Both the position numbers and the translations under genes were made by a program. Below are positions 1 through 9,633 of a stretch of 64,000 nucleotides of DNA, one piece after another. The notes beneath the pieces were generated by a model. That model saw nothing but the letters and a program-made list of their open reading frames with translations, was not told where the DNA came from and ran no database searches. This DNA comes from Candidatus Poribacteria bacterium (GTDB lineage: Bacteria > Poribacteria > WGA-4E > UBA9662), in the NCBI GenBank assembly GCA_046582655.1, contig JAYGDX010000027.1, forward strand, positions 32,001 through 96,000, in the 5' to 3' direction. Position 1 is the first letter of the stretch; every line of letters starts with the position of its first letter.

Positions 1-3000
1 CGCGCATCATGTGGCGATACCTGATTTGAAAACTTGAGGTGTTTTTGGAATTGAATATTTTCAGATCCCCTTCATAGCTGGTTGATTTTGATCGGGAGGA
101 AGTGCTCCTGGACTTGGTAAAATTGTTGTTGTATGATGCGTTTCCACCGATAGAGGCCCATTTCCATGGATCCATTGAAGTACGAAAGCTATATCGTGTT
201 CCTTTACGAGATTGAGTACGCCGTTCATCTTCATCTTCAATTTGAAAAATTTCCGATATTTTGGTGCCGGGGTCAAGCCTTCGTAACGAGTCTTGGGTGT
301 TATAAGTCATATCGGCATTGACCGCTAAACTTTCCACACTACGTTGTAGCAATCCTGCTTCTTCCCTCCTAGTTAAACCTTCTCTTTGTTTTATCTTCCG
401 TTCGATTTCCGCCTTGTCGCGGCTAATCCAATCTCCTTTCATGCTTTCGGCTTGATCAATCTGGGAAGCATCGATGCCCATCCGTTCCAAGCGCTCAATT
501 TCACGCTGTCGTCTGCCTTCAATATTCGTTTCTACATCAAAGCTATCTTTTTTCGCTGAAGATCGCATTCTAGAGTCTTCAGTTGTCGGCTTGATCTCAG
601 CCAAGGTTGACTCGCTAACTTTATCTCGGAACAACCAACTGAACCATGATTTCAAGCGGAGACTGAGTCCCAACCGGATGTTCGCATTGACTGAAGCATC
701 CTTGGTATCGTTAAACCAGTTTTCACGCAAACTGACACGATTGGAGATAGTTGGGCGGATACCGAAAAAATCCTTATTCAAACGTGGGTTAAGTGAAACT
801 CGGTGTTCTCGGGATGCCAATGTGAATTCTGATTTGTCTTCTACTTCCTTTTCATTGGTGGAAGTCACTTGGTTCGCCAACGGTGTACCATCTTCTCTCC
901 GTTCGAGTTCACGCTGCACATCATATCGCGGATTGAGCCCAAAACTGGCAAACGGCTGAAAGTTGAATGAGATTGATCCGCTATCCACTTTTTCGTCACG
1001 ATCTCGGCCATAAGAACCCCCGTATCCGCCATAATTACTCCTACTTGATGCGCCTGTTGCCGTTGATGAATCAACTTCAACATCCTCGTGTCGGTATTGT
1101 AGGTCGAAACTGAATTTCTGTCCCAAACTATAACGCATGTTACCTGTATACAGATCACTTAGTTGGTTGCCTTGTCGTTCATTCCAAAAATCTTGGTGGT
1201 TGTAGGCAAACCCAAGTGTTGGTAACGGACGAAGGTTAAACTGTGCTGAGAAATCCCGATTATCGGTTCGACTCTTTCCACTTTGATACGAACTAATTGT
1301 TCCTCGTCGACTCTCAGTCTCGGATTCTTGTTCTTTAACCGAGTATTGGATTGGCAACCAACTAAATAGGTTGAGGTCGGCCTCGATGTTAAAATCATTG
1401 TTTGTCGTGCTGAAACCGCGATCTTGTCGCCGCTGTCTTCCAGTTTCTCCAGTAGAACTTTCGAAATCCTTATCTTGACTGGCGAAGCCACCTTTTACGC
1501 GAAGCAGGTTTCCTAGTTCTATGGATACATTTCCGCGTCGAGCCCAGCCAGATCTCACCAAAGGCTCACTTAGATGAATATCATTTACCCATAATTCTCC
1601 ACTGATGTCTGAACCATTCTCATTCCGGATTCCCAGCAGCATGCCACCGATGTTCTTGATCGAAAGATTCGAGCTATTCGTGCCACGAATTAACAGTTCG
1701 TCAGGATGTCCGTCCGGTTCTTCTGAAACCGAGGGATCCAGCTGCTGATTCGGATTGATTTGGCTTAGATTGATGACATACGATTTTGTATCCACTAAAT
1801 CTGGAGACTCGTTCCTTTTTTTATCAGATAGATCAATCTCAATTAGTTTCCATCCGTCAAAATCAATGATACGCGTGTACTCGTAAAAATCTTTCAGATT
1901 CTCAAATACATTGACATCATCCTTTTTTTGATCCGTTGGATCAGAAAAAGGATCATTTGACGAATAATAATAGGAAGAACGGTAACCTGTTCGCATTGAT
2001 GAAGCTAGCCTCAGAACAAAAGTTGCATAACTCTTATCACCATGCAACCAGAACCGAATCTTATTGTGCTTTGAAAAGTTCTGGCCTTCTCCTTGTTGCA
2101 CACCTCTCAACTGTCTGGTGGTGATGCCAAATGATGTTGGATCCAGATCATACTTTAGAATTAATGTCTGCTCCTTTTGTTCTGAATAATCTAAGCCGAA
2201 TGCGATGTCAGTGTAGGGATGTAGCTTTTTGAAGAGGTTGTCATTTTTGATTAGGCTATGAGCTTTTCTATAGTCATCGAAGTTGTAGTTATCTTTCGTT
2301 CCGACTGCAAATTTCTCGTCGGTATCGAGGACAACTACGCCATTTTTGGTTACGATTCCCTGCTCCCACTGATTTCCTACAATTTCAATAGTGGACCATT
2401 CAAAGACCCCGTTGACAGCACCTAGCTGGTTCTTTTGCAGCCAGAATCGCAAATGCTGCACATAGCCAAGGTTAGGAATTCGATCTCCATATGGAAATGC
2501 TTCGGTTAAGGGAATGCTGAGAAAAGTCCATCCATTTTTGTTTTCCTTCTTCACCCACTCCGCCGGAATATTGTTCAATGGAATAGAAATACCAAGATAC
2601 GAGTCGATTGTATCAAGAACTCCATCACCGTTTAAATCCTCCGTGTCGAGCACTTTATTATCAGCACCGATCCTTAAATTTTGGAGAGTGCTATTGTAGT
2701 CCCATCCTTTGTCTTCACCCGTATCTAGTGATCCATTAGCACTATACTTGTACGAATCCGGTAAATTCTCTAAGTCTAGATCCAGAGTATCGATCTTACC
2801 GTCACCATTTATATCCTCAAGGGTCTTGGGCAAGTCCTCGCTGTCTAGTCTCATATCAATATCTGAGTCTTCACTCACCATGCCAATATCAATGTGTAAT
2901 GTGATGGCATCTTCTCCCAGCACGCGAAACCACAATTCTATAGACTCACGATCTGACAAATCAGATCCGGACGATGATAGCCCGTATGAGAATCCACCCC

Positions 3001-5878
3001 ATTCCTCAATTACATCTGTGAGATCATAGCCAATTTCCATAATCAGGCGTTCTTCGGTAGATCTAGCAAGTGGATTAATTATTGAGGCTGGTATGTACTG
3101 GTTCCGCATATAGTTGCCGATTGCTTTTGAATCCTCATCATCCTTTGGCAGAATTCGGAAAACCGCACGGTTTTCCGAATTCGGGATCGGTAGTATTGCT
3201 TCTCTCTCATTATTATTGGTGCTTGGTATACTCGTGGGTCGCCAGTTATGCTTAAAAGTGGGAACACTGGATGCTTCACGAGCACCTTCCATACTGTCAA
3301 TTAAAGCCGCTCCAACACTATTCGGATTATTGTGTGAGAAAGCGGCTTCACCACTAAAGTCAACGGAAAACGGGAAATTCTCTATCTGGATCAACGGTAT
3401 GGGGTTAATCAGCCAGGCAATATTAAAACTGTGTCCCAAGCTTGTATTAATGTTGAAAGCTTGTAGGCGACTTGGCGCTTCATTTGGACTTGGGATCTGA
3501 AGAGGTTTCTGGCCAGTGTTCAGAATGTAACCTGTTGAGAAGTTAAACCCTTTTTTGAAGACAGGATTAAAGTAAGTTGAACTGCCGCCGTAGAGGCCAC
3601 GTCGAGACCTTCCTCCTAAGCTTCCCAAACCACCGTATCCCCCTCCATATCCGCCGCTATATCCGCCGCCGAAGCCGCCTCCACCAAAAGATCTACCTCC
3701 GAATCCACTAGATCCTCCACCGAAACTACTATTGGTAGATCGGTTAAGTCTGGAACTGCTACTTCCCATTAGCCGATCGAATCTTCCTGTTTTTTTCTGC
3801 TCCTCAGATTTTGCTTTCGGTTCATAATTGTACTCCAGCCAAAGGCCCATTACCGTTTGTTGCAATGCTCCTCCGAACGGCGATCGTTCAAACTCAACCT
3901 CAATTTCATCGTATTCATCGAGTTGACGAAAAAATCTCAGCGTGCCTACTTCATAAATCATCGTATAATCAATGTCACGCTGCAACTTTCGTCCATTGAG
4001 ACGGACAGTTTCGCTATTTGGAATGACAAAGAGTCCAACATTATAGCTATTAGACTGATAGGCATAATCCGCTTGAATCGTATAAATCTGATCTGCTGAT
4101 CTTGGATTTTCTAGGTAAATCTCTCCATTGTTAAGTTGATCCCTGTATTGGTAGAAAGAGCTTTCAGGATCTTCTATCATGAACGGACGAAAGGTAGGGA
4201 AAGTCAGAACGCCACGATCAAAATCAATAAAATCAGGATCGACAGCACCATCTCCATCTTGGTCAAGTCCAAAAATTTGGATATAAGGTACATCTCTTTG
4301 ACCTATGGTGAAGGACTCACCCGCACCTTGACGCCAAATAGTTAGTTGGAAATCGCGAGGGTTAATGTTGCGATTTCCAAGATTATAAACTCGGCGTGAT
4401 TCCGTTCCTCGAAGACTTTTGTCCTTTATGGTTACATAACCAATTTCTTTTTCTTCTTCGTTGATTGATCCACCACCGTTATCATCAACAAACACCGATT
4501 CTGGATTTCCTACTGTTCCACCGCCAGTACCCAAATACTTGTAGACAACAACAATCTTGTAACTGGCTGAGATTGGTACTAAAAATTCGATCTCACCAGT
4601 TACATAGTTGATGTTGTAGTCTTGTCCTGGATACTGCAAATTGAAATATCCTTGAACGGTTCTTTGTCCGCCTTGATTGTTACTCGCAACTCCATCATCG
4701 ATATAGATCTGTTCACTCCCACGAGCAATCGGCAAATAGGCATCGTGAAGCATTTCATCATCATCAAGTTGAATGAAATAGAATCTTTCTTTGACGTAAT
4801 TCGCATCTGCAATCTGTTGACCTCGACCATAACCAGCACGGCGCGACTCACCACGAAAGCGGCGTTTATCAGAAATCCCCTTGGATCGAGATCCGAAAGC
4901 CGTTACTTTCGCTCCTGCTATTTCAGCTATTGCCTCAAGACCAAAGAGGTTTCGGTTAATGTTCAAAAAACGGGTATTTGGTAAATTTAAGGTTATATCG
5001 CCGAACCCAATCCGTTTCAACATACTATCTGCTTTACCTTCATACCAGACGCGAATTTTCTGCTGCTTGGCTCCTCCGTACCCGCCGCCGTACCCACTAC
5101 CGAAACCACCTCCACTATCGGAATCACTGTAATTAACCTCGACGTGAGTGCGTTCACCAACTCGACCATTCAAACCAACTTGAAGCGTTTGCCGAATGTT
5201 GATGCCGCTTGCTCTCGGTGCTCCGCCATACCGTGACATTGAGAACCCTCCACTGCCATAACCCCCACCGCCATAACCTCCACCGCCATAACCTCCTCCA
5301 AAACCGCCACCATATGAATCATAATCGCTGTATGACGAACTCAGCCCTAAATCCAGTCCGGAACTATAGCCACCAAGAGATCTCCCAGTGTAGAAGCGAT
5401 TAACGTCTGTCTGACCGAAGTAGTGAGTTTTATTGAGTTCTACAGTCACCGATTTGTGGCCGGTAATTTTGAGATTAGAATTCAGTGGTAAGCTTATACC
5501 TCTTTCTTTCTTTTCTGTCTCATCGCGCCGTTCAAGAATCTCTTTGGGATCAATCAATCTAGGTGGGCTTTTCCACAGCCTCAACGAGTCTAAGTAAGGG
5601 GAAAGTGCTTGAAGTCGATGATCCGGTTTATCTTTTTCGTCTTTCTTGGGTACAGGTTTGCCCGGTTTCCACGGATCTACTTCTTGCTTGGACTTTAAGT
5701 CTTCGAAAGCGGGTTTCAGTTTGGTTTGATCTTTCTGATCTGGTTGTATCTGCTCTGCGTAGGATTGCGTGAGAGAAGCATCATTGGGGATAACTGCAGA
5801 TTGGAGGCAAGTGACCCAGATGAATAGCAAGGTTAACCATATATGGTGAAAGGATAGCTCCTTATAAATAAGTACCAA
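1..5878 (-). CDS. sprA: SprA/Sov-like outer-membrane translocon (type IX secretion family), >1950 aa, 3' end outside the window
   Basis: Hand translation of 5878-~3900 and 118-2 gives the same open minus frame, and the ORF track shows no terminated ORF in that frame. TTG start at 5878 just downstream of in-frame TAA TAA, with a signal-like N-terminus (MVLIYKELSFHHIWLTLLFIWVTCLQSA). SprA-like segments: INIRQTLQVGLNGRVGERTHVEVNYSD, KIRVWYEGKADSMLKRIGFGDITLNLPNTRFLNINRNLFGLEA, SETVRLNGRKLQRDIDYTMIYEVGTLRF, plus DxNGDG loops. Confidence 0.8.
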   Translation of the reverse strand, partial: MVLIYKELSFHHIWLTLLFIWVTCLQSAVIPNDASLTQSYAEQIQPDQKDQTKLKPAFEDLKSKQEVDPWKPGKPVPKKDEKDKPDHRLQALSPYLDSLRLWKSPPRLIDPKEILERRDETEKKERGISLPLNSNLKITGHKSVTVELNKTHYFGQTDVNRFYTGRSLGGYSSGLDLGLSSSYSDYDSYGGGFGGGYGGGGYGGGGYGSGGFSMSRYGGAPRASGINIRQTLQVGLNGRVGERTHVEVNYSDSDSGGGFGSGYGGGYGGAKQQKIRVWYEGKADSMLKRIGFGDITLNLPNTRFLNINRNLFGLEAIAEIAGAKVTAFGSRSKGISDKRRFRGESRRAGYGRGQQIADANYVKERFYFIQLDDDEMLHDAYLPIARGSEQIYIDDGVASNNQGGQRTVQGYFNLQYPGQDYNINYVTGEIEFLVPISASYKIVVVYKYLGTGGGTVGNPESVFVDDNGGGSINEEEKEIGYVTIKDKSLRGTESRRVYNLGNRNINPRDFQLTIWRQGAGESFTIGQRDVPYIQIFGLDQDGDGAVDPDFIDFDRGVLTFPTFRPFMIEDPESSFYQYRDQLNNGEIYLENPRSADQIYTIQADYAYQSNSYNVGLFVIPNSETVRLNGRKLQRDIDYTMIYEVGTLRFFRQLDEYDEIEVEFERSPFGGALQQTVMGLWLEYNYEPKAKSEEQKKTGRFDRLMGSSSSRLNRSTNSSFGGGSSGFGGRSFGGGGFGGGYSGGYGGGYGGLGSLGGRSRRGLYGGSSTYFNPVFKKGFNFSTGYILNTGQKPLQIPSPNEAPSRLQAFNINTSLGHSFNIAWLINPIPLIQIENFPFSVDFSGEAAFSHNNPNSVGAALIDSMEGAREASSVPTFKHNWRPTSIPSTNNNEREAILPIPNSENRAVFRILPKDDEDSKAIGNYMRNQYIPASIINPLARSTEERLIMEIGYDLTDVIEEWGGFSYGLSSSGSDLSDRESIELWFRVLGEDAITLHIDIGMVSEDSDIDMRLDSEDLPKTLEDINGDGKIDTLDLDLENLPDSYKYSANGSLDTGEDKGWDYNSTLQNLRIGADNKVLDTEDLNGDGVLDTIDSYLGISIPLNNIPAEWVKKENKNGWTFLSIPLTEAFPYGDRIPNLGYVQHLRFWLQKNQLGAVNGVFEWSTIEIVGNQWEQGIVTKNGVVVLDTDEKFAVGTKDNYNFDDYRKAHSLIKNDNLFKKLHPYTDIAFGLDYSEQKEQTLILKYDLDPTSFGITTRQLRGVQQGEGQNFSKHNKIRFWLHGDKSYATFVLRLASSMRTGYRSSYYYSSNDPFSDPTDQKKDDVNVFENLKDFYEYTRIIDFDGWKLIEIDLSDKKRNESPDLVDTKSYVINLSQINPNQQLDPSVSEEPDGHPDELLIRGTNSSNLSIKNIGGMLLGIRNENGSDISGELWVNDIHLSEPLVRSGWARRGNVSIELGNLLRVKGGFASQDKDFESSTGETGRQRRQDRGFSTTNNDFNIEADLNLFSWLPIQYSVKEQESETESRRGTISSYQSGKSRTDNRDFSAQFNLRPLPTLGFAYNHQDFWNERQGNQLSDLYTGNMRYSLGQKFSFDLQYRHEDVEVDSSTATGASSRSNYGGYGGSYGRDRDEKVDSGSISFNFQPFASFGLNPRYDVQRELERREDGTPLANQVTSTNEKEVEDKSEFTLASREHRVSLNPRLNKDFFGIRPTISNRVSLRENWFNDTKDASVNANIRLGLSLRLKSWFSWLFRDKVSESTLAEIKPTTEDSRMRSSAKKDSFDVETNIEGRRQREIERLERMGIDASQIDQAESMKGDWISRDKAEIERKIKQREGLTRREEAGLLQRSVESLAVNADMTYNTQDSLRRLDPGTKISEIFQIEDEDERRTQSRKGTRYSFRTSMDPWKWASIGGNASYNNNFTKSRSTSSRSKSTSYEGDLKIFNSKNTSSFQIRYRHMMR
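5250..5312 (-). repeat. Tandem 15-bp GGYGG-encoding repeats inside the sprA-like gene
   Basis: (c/t)gccataacc(c/t)ccac units repeated about 3 times; they encode GGGFGGGYGGGGYGGGGYGSGG. Confidence 0.75.
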
Positions 5879-5902
5879 TAAAACTACACCGTCACATTAT
5901 TA

Positions 5903-6056
5903 AATCCAAGTTGCGACCTGAAATAGCAGGCGGATCAGGAGGCACGTTTTTTTGAAGTCACATCCACGATAATGAATAAAGTCTGACTTTTGACCAAATC
6001 CCCCTAATTCCGCTGGTAAAATCCCGGTTTATTTAGGTCAGGTAGCAACTTGGGTT
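5903..6056. mobile_element. MITE-like element (~154 bp) with 19-bp imperfect terminal inverted repeats
   Basis: AATCCAAGTTGCGACCTGA (5903-5921) versus TCAGGTAGCAACTTGGGTT (6038-6056); AT-rich flanks; no ORF. A partial end (GCAACTTGGG) recurs near 7167-7176. Confidence 0.6.
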
Positions 6057-6244
6057 ATTAATTATTAAATATATGGCCTTGCTTCGGAGTGAACGGTTTT
6101 GGATGACCCGCAGTTTACCAGCAGTGGAAACGGAAACAGAAAACCGGATTCAACAGTTTCGGGTATGATACCCTACATTATGCGTGACGAGATCAGCACC
6201 ATAGTGTAAAATTTCATATGTCTCAAGTAAAGGGGTGACACCAT

Positions 6245-6922
6245 ATGTTTGATTCGGCCATGGATGACGAAGTCTATGCTACAATTTCTCCGGAAACTCC
6301 ACAAACAATAGCACTCATTCTTACATACATGATTCCGAATAGAGCATCAGATGTACTAGTTCAGTTTCCGACAGAAAAGCGAAATGTTATTGCCCAACGT
6401 ATTGCGACGATGGAAACGATGAATCAGAATACGGTTGAAGCACTCCTTAATGAAATTCAGATTTCTTTGCAAAGCTGTTTGGATCAGATTATGTCAAACC
6501 GCCGTCCTCAGGAAAGTATTGATGGGTCGGTGGCACTAGCCAAGATGCTAGCTCATACGGGTGATGATGCAGTCGAGGATATTTTGAAGAGTCTTGAAAA
6601 TGTAGAGCAGGCTGACGCGGTCAGGGAGGCCATGTTTACGTTTGAAGACGTTGTACTAATTGATGACATAAGCGTCCAAAAGCATATCTTGAATTTACCA
6701 TCCGTTCGGGATAATTTAGCCGTGGCAATTAAGGGCATGGACGAGGCAATCAGAGATAAATTTCTCAGCAATATGACGGATTGGATGAAAAATCGTGTAG
6801 AAAAGGAAAGACAAAGCCTGGGAAAAGTTCGTGCCGATGTTGTAAGGGAGGCTCGTAAACTTATTCTAGATGAGATTCGTCCCCTAATAGAGTCGGGACA
6901 GGTTCAGGTAGAAAGGCTATGA
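6245..6922 (+). CDS. fliG: FliG-like protein (middle and C-terminal domains only)
   Basis: E(T)PQTIALIL (EHPQ motif), 'IAQRIATM', 'MFTFED', 'LAVAIKG', 'KFLSNM', 'LGKVRADVV...IRPLIESGQV'. It lacks the FliG N-terminal domain. Confidence 0.75.
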   Translation: MFDSAMDDEVYATISPETPQTIALILTYMIPNRASDVLVQFPTEKRNVIAQRIATMETMNQNTVEALLNEIQISLQSCLDQIMSNRRPQESIDGSVALAKMLAHTGDDAVEDILKSLENVEQADAVREAMFTFEDVVLIDDISVQKHILNLPSVRDNLAVAIKGMDEAIRDKFLSNMTDWMKNRVEKERQSLGKVRADVVREARKLILDEIRPLIESGQVQVERL

Positions 6923-7125
6923 TTAATTTTAGAAAGCTCAAGCCAACGGCTAAAGAATGTCCAAGGTGTTCAGCCATAGTCCAATCGATACATAGATACT
7001 GTACTCGATGCGGTCATGAAAATGACGACTTTTTCAACCCGACACAGACAACGACCTTAGTATCGTTTATCTTCGCAATTCTGGCAATTACACTGATCAC
7101 GGTTATGAGGTCCTGCCTTCAATAG
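6919..7125 (+). CDS. Small zinc-ribbon protein with C-terminal transmembrane helix
   Basis: CPRC-x10-CTRCG, hydrophobic C-terminus, ATGA overlap with the fliG-like stop. Confidence 0.6.
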   Translation: MINFRKLKPTAKECPRCSAIVQSIHRYCTRCGHENDDFFNPTQTTTLVSFIFAILAITLITVMRSCLQ

Positions 7126-7246
7126 TTCCATGCTGCGCTCACATCTAATCCAGATTTCAGCGGGCAGCAACTTGGGGCAGGTTAAAAAGTCATAATAGAA
7201 CTGACTATCCAACCAATCAAACATTTTCAAGGGTTTGATGGTGCTG

Positions 7247-9514
7247 TTAATCCTCCCTCAATGGCCAGTTGAGGTGCCGGTGAAGAAATTCAAAAGTGCC
7301 AATTCCGTTAATTGTATGCGGGCCATTAAAGACTTCCATCTCGGTCCGGTTACCAATTCCAAGTAGATCGTATTGCCGTTTGACCTTAGCATATTCATAG
7401 GCAACGGTTTCATCTGGAGCAACGCCGTCAAAATGACCCCGTTCAACCATAAATGGTCGTGGACATATTAGCCAACTCATCTCAGCATAATTGAAGGTAC
7501 TCCCCAAATCAAACTCGAAAATTTCATATTCACCTGAATTCACATAGCTGTAGCTACTTCGTGTTGAGGCGTTTTTCCAGACCCACTCGTTGAAATCGGC
7601 AGAACAAATTGAAAGGCAGTAATCCGTGACAAGCGGTGGGACACGCATAGCCGTTTTACCACCATAGCTTAATCCGTAAAACGCAATTCGGTCTGGATCA
7701 ACATAAGGCAAGGATTGAAGCCAATTTACTATCTGCTGATGCTGTGGAACCATGATTGAAAAGAGCGTTTTCTGGATCGGGTTGGCTTTGCGTTGGAGTG
7801 TACGGAATTGATCTGTAAAGATGTACAGATTCTGCGGTGCAAAAGTGATAAAACCGCGTTCAGCCAGTTTAGCGGCAAAGTCGTGGTAGGCATCATGATC
7901 GCCCTGAATAACGTCCTGTGGGCGGCCTTCCAACCCGTGTTGGCAAACGACAACTGGTCTTCTTTCTCCCTCCTCAATGTCGTTTGGCAATAATAAAATC
8001 CCATAAGCTATAACATCAGGCCAGACATCTAGAACAACCTCGTATCCTTGCCAATTTTGGCCTTGATAGGACAGCCGCGACCGTGCATTGAAAGGGCGTA
8101 GATCTAGATCAAATTGACCAATTACTTCACGCGAAAAGAAGTCGCGATACCACTCGATTGTCTGCTGATAACTTCCAAGTGAACTGATGTCCAATTTCGA
8201 GAAAAACTCTTGTCGAGTGTAAGGACTCTCACCAAGCAACCATTGGTTATACTGATCTATCTCTGCAAGTTGGAGATCCTCTCGCTTATCAGGTCGAAAT
8301 TTTCCATCAAGATGCTCGGGTCGGTTTTCGGAAAGGGACACTGTCGCCTGTGCTGACAACAGATCCAACAACGATTGTAGCGACTCAACAGTTCCGTAAA
8401 CGTTGTTCTCTGTCTGAATAAGTTTGATCTGGGGTTTTGGATTGAGCTTGTTGACAATTGACTTGGCGCGTTCAACCTCTGTTTCAATTTGATCTAACGG
8501 AGGCGTCACCAGATCTGCTGGAGCCGCCCCTCCTGTCCCTGATGGCACATGCACTTCAGGAAAGTTGGCAGCTTCAATAACTAAATGCCGCGGCGCAATC
8601 ATTGAGGCCAATTCGGCATCACCAAACTGAGTGAGTAAGCCAAAGACGTTGCGCTCAAGGGGTTCTTTCCAAATCTTTTGGCGGGAATTGAAATAACCAC
8701 TCACGCAGATAGCATCAATACGCGTATCGATTGCACCGGCGTACAATGCTAACATACCACCTTCACCCCATCCAATGATCCCGATCTTCGAATCATCCTG
8801 GGATTGTGCAGAGAACCAATCGACGACAGCAAAGATTTTCTGTAATTCGTAGCCAATTAGATGTCGGCCCAGTTCGAACGCAGAACGGTACAACCATTCT
8901 CGCTTCGAAATATGATTTTCGTTTGGTTGTCGCGAAATAAGCGTTGGTATGACAACCCGACAACCGCTTTCTACAAGATGTCTAGCAAATTGTGAATGGC
9001 TTGGAACTCCATCGATTAACCCGGTAATATGTTCCGGTAATACATCTGCGTCGGGGATGGCGATTATGTCGGCTATTGGTTTGCTTGAAGGTACCAATAG
9101 CAGCCCTTCACCATGAATTGTGTGGATTACTGGCCAACGTACGGCAAAAATATTGTAGCCGTTCCCACATCCCACCAGAGCGGGCTGATCTGTGGTCGCA
9201 ACCAGTTCTAACCCTTTAAATCGAATGCGGTTATCGCGTATTCCGAGAATATGCGATAACCGCATTCGATTTGGTTCAACTGACGCAGTATAGTTTGTGG
9301 GAGACGAAAAATCCCGTTTCCAATATTCCTCTCGTTTCGCAACCGACTGGTCGAGTTGATCTAATAGGAACCGATCAACACCCGATACCAAATAGGAGGC
9401 GATATCCTCCTCAAGTGTTAGTTGGGATGTGCCTTGTAACGGCTGGCTGGATTCTGTGCCTGATCGGATAGCGCAAAGTGTGGCGGATAACCAGTATAGC
9501 AAAGACAAACTCAT
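7247..9514 (-). CDS. Tandem alpha/beta-hydrolase (dienelactone hydrolase / acetyl xylan esterase-like)
   Basis: 755 aa with two hydrolase repeats: GWGEGG in the first; HGLEG and the GLSYGG nucleophile elbow in the second; C-terminal GPH. Confidence 0.75.
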   Translation of the reverse strand: MSLSLLYWLSATLCAIRSGTESSQPLQGTSQLTLEEDIASYLVSGVDRFLLDQLDQSVAKREEYWKRDFSSPTNYTASVEPNRMRLSHILGIRDNRIRFKGLELVATTDQPALVGCGNGYNIFAVRWPVIHTIHGEGLLLVPSSKPIADIIAIPDADVLPEHITGLIDGVPSHSQFARHLVESGCRVVIPTLISRQPNENHISKREWLYRSAFELGRHLIGYELQKIFAVVDWFSAQSQDDSKIGIIGWGEGGMLALYAGAIDTRIDAICVSGYFNSRQKIWKEPLERNVFGLLTQFGDAELASMIAPRHLVIEAANFPEVHVPSGTGGAAPADLVTPPLDQIETEVERAKSIVNKLNPKPQIKLIQTENNVYGTVESLQSLLDLLSAQATVSLSENRPEHLDGKFRPDKREDLQLAEIDQYNQWLLGESPYTRQEFFSKLDISSLGSYQQTIEWYRDFFSREVIGQFDLDLRPFNARSRLSYQGQNWQGYEVVLDVWPDVIAYGILLLPNDIEEGERRPVVVCQHGLEGRPQDVIQGDHDAYHDFAAKLAERGFITFAPQNLYIFTDQFRTLQRKANPIQKTLFSIMVPQHQQIVNWLQSLPYVDPDRIAFYGLSYGGKTAMRVPPLVTDYCLSICSADFNEWVWKNASTRSSYSYVNSGEYEIFEFDLGSTFNYAEMSWLICPRPFMVERGHFDGVAPDETVAYEYAKVKRQYDLLGIGNRTEMEVFNGPHTINGIGTFEFLHRHLNWPLRED

Positions 9515-9633
9515 ACATGTCTCCCGAATGTAGATCTAGAAATTGTATAGATAGGCAGTTAAGTTAACAGGAAAGTTAATTTTGATCTATAAAAACCTAA
9601 TTGTAAATAAAGGAAAACTTTGACAGAAGTGAC

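Noticed and set aside
61..5772. About 20 short ORFs listed in the track across 1-5.8 kb
   Set aside because: They are antisense or alternate-frame shadows of the single large sprA-like frame.
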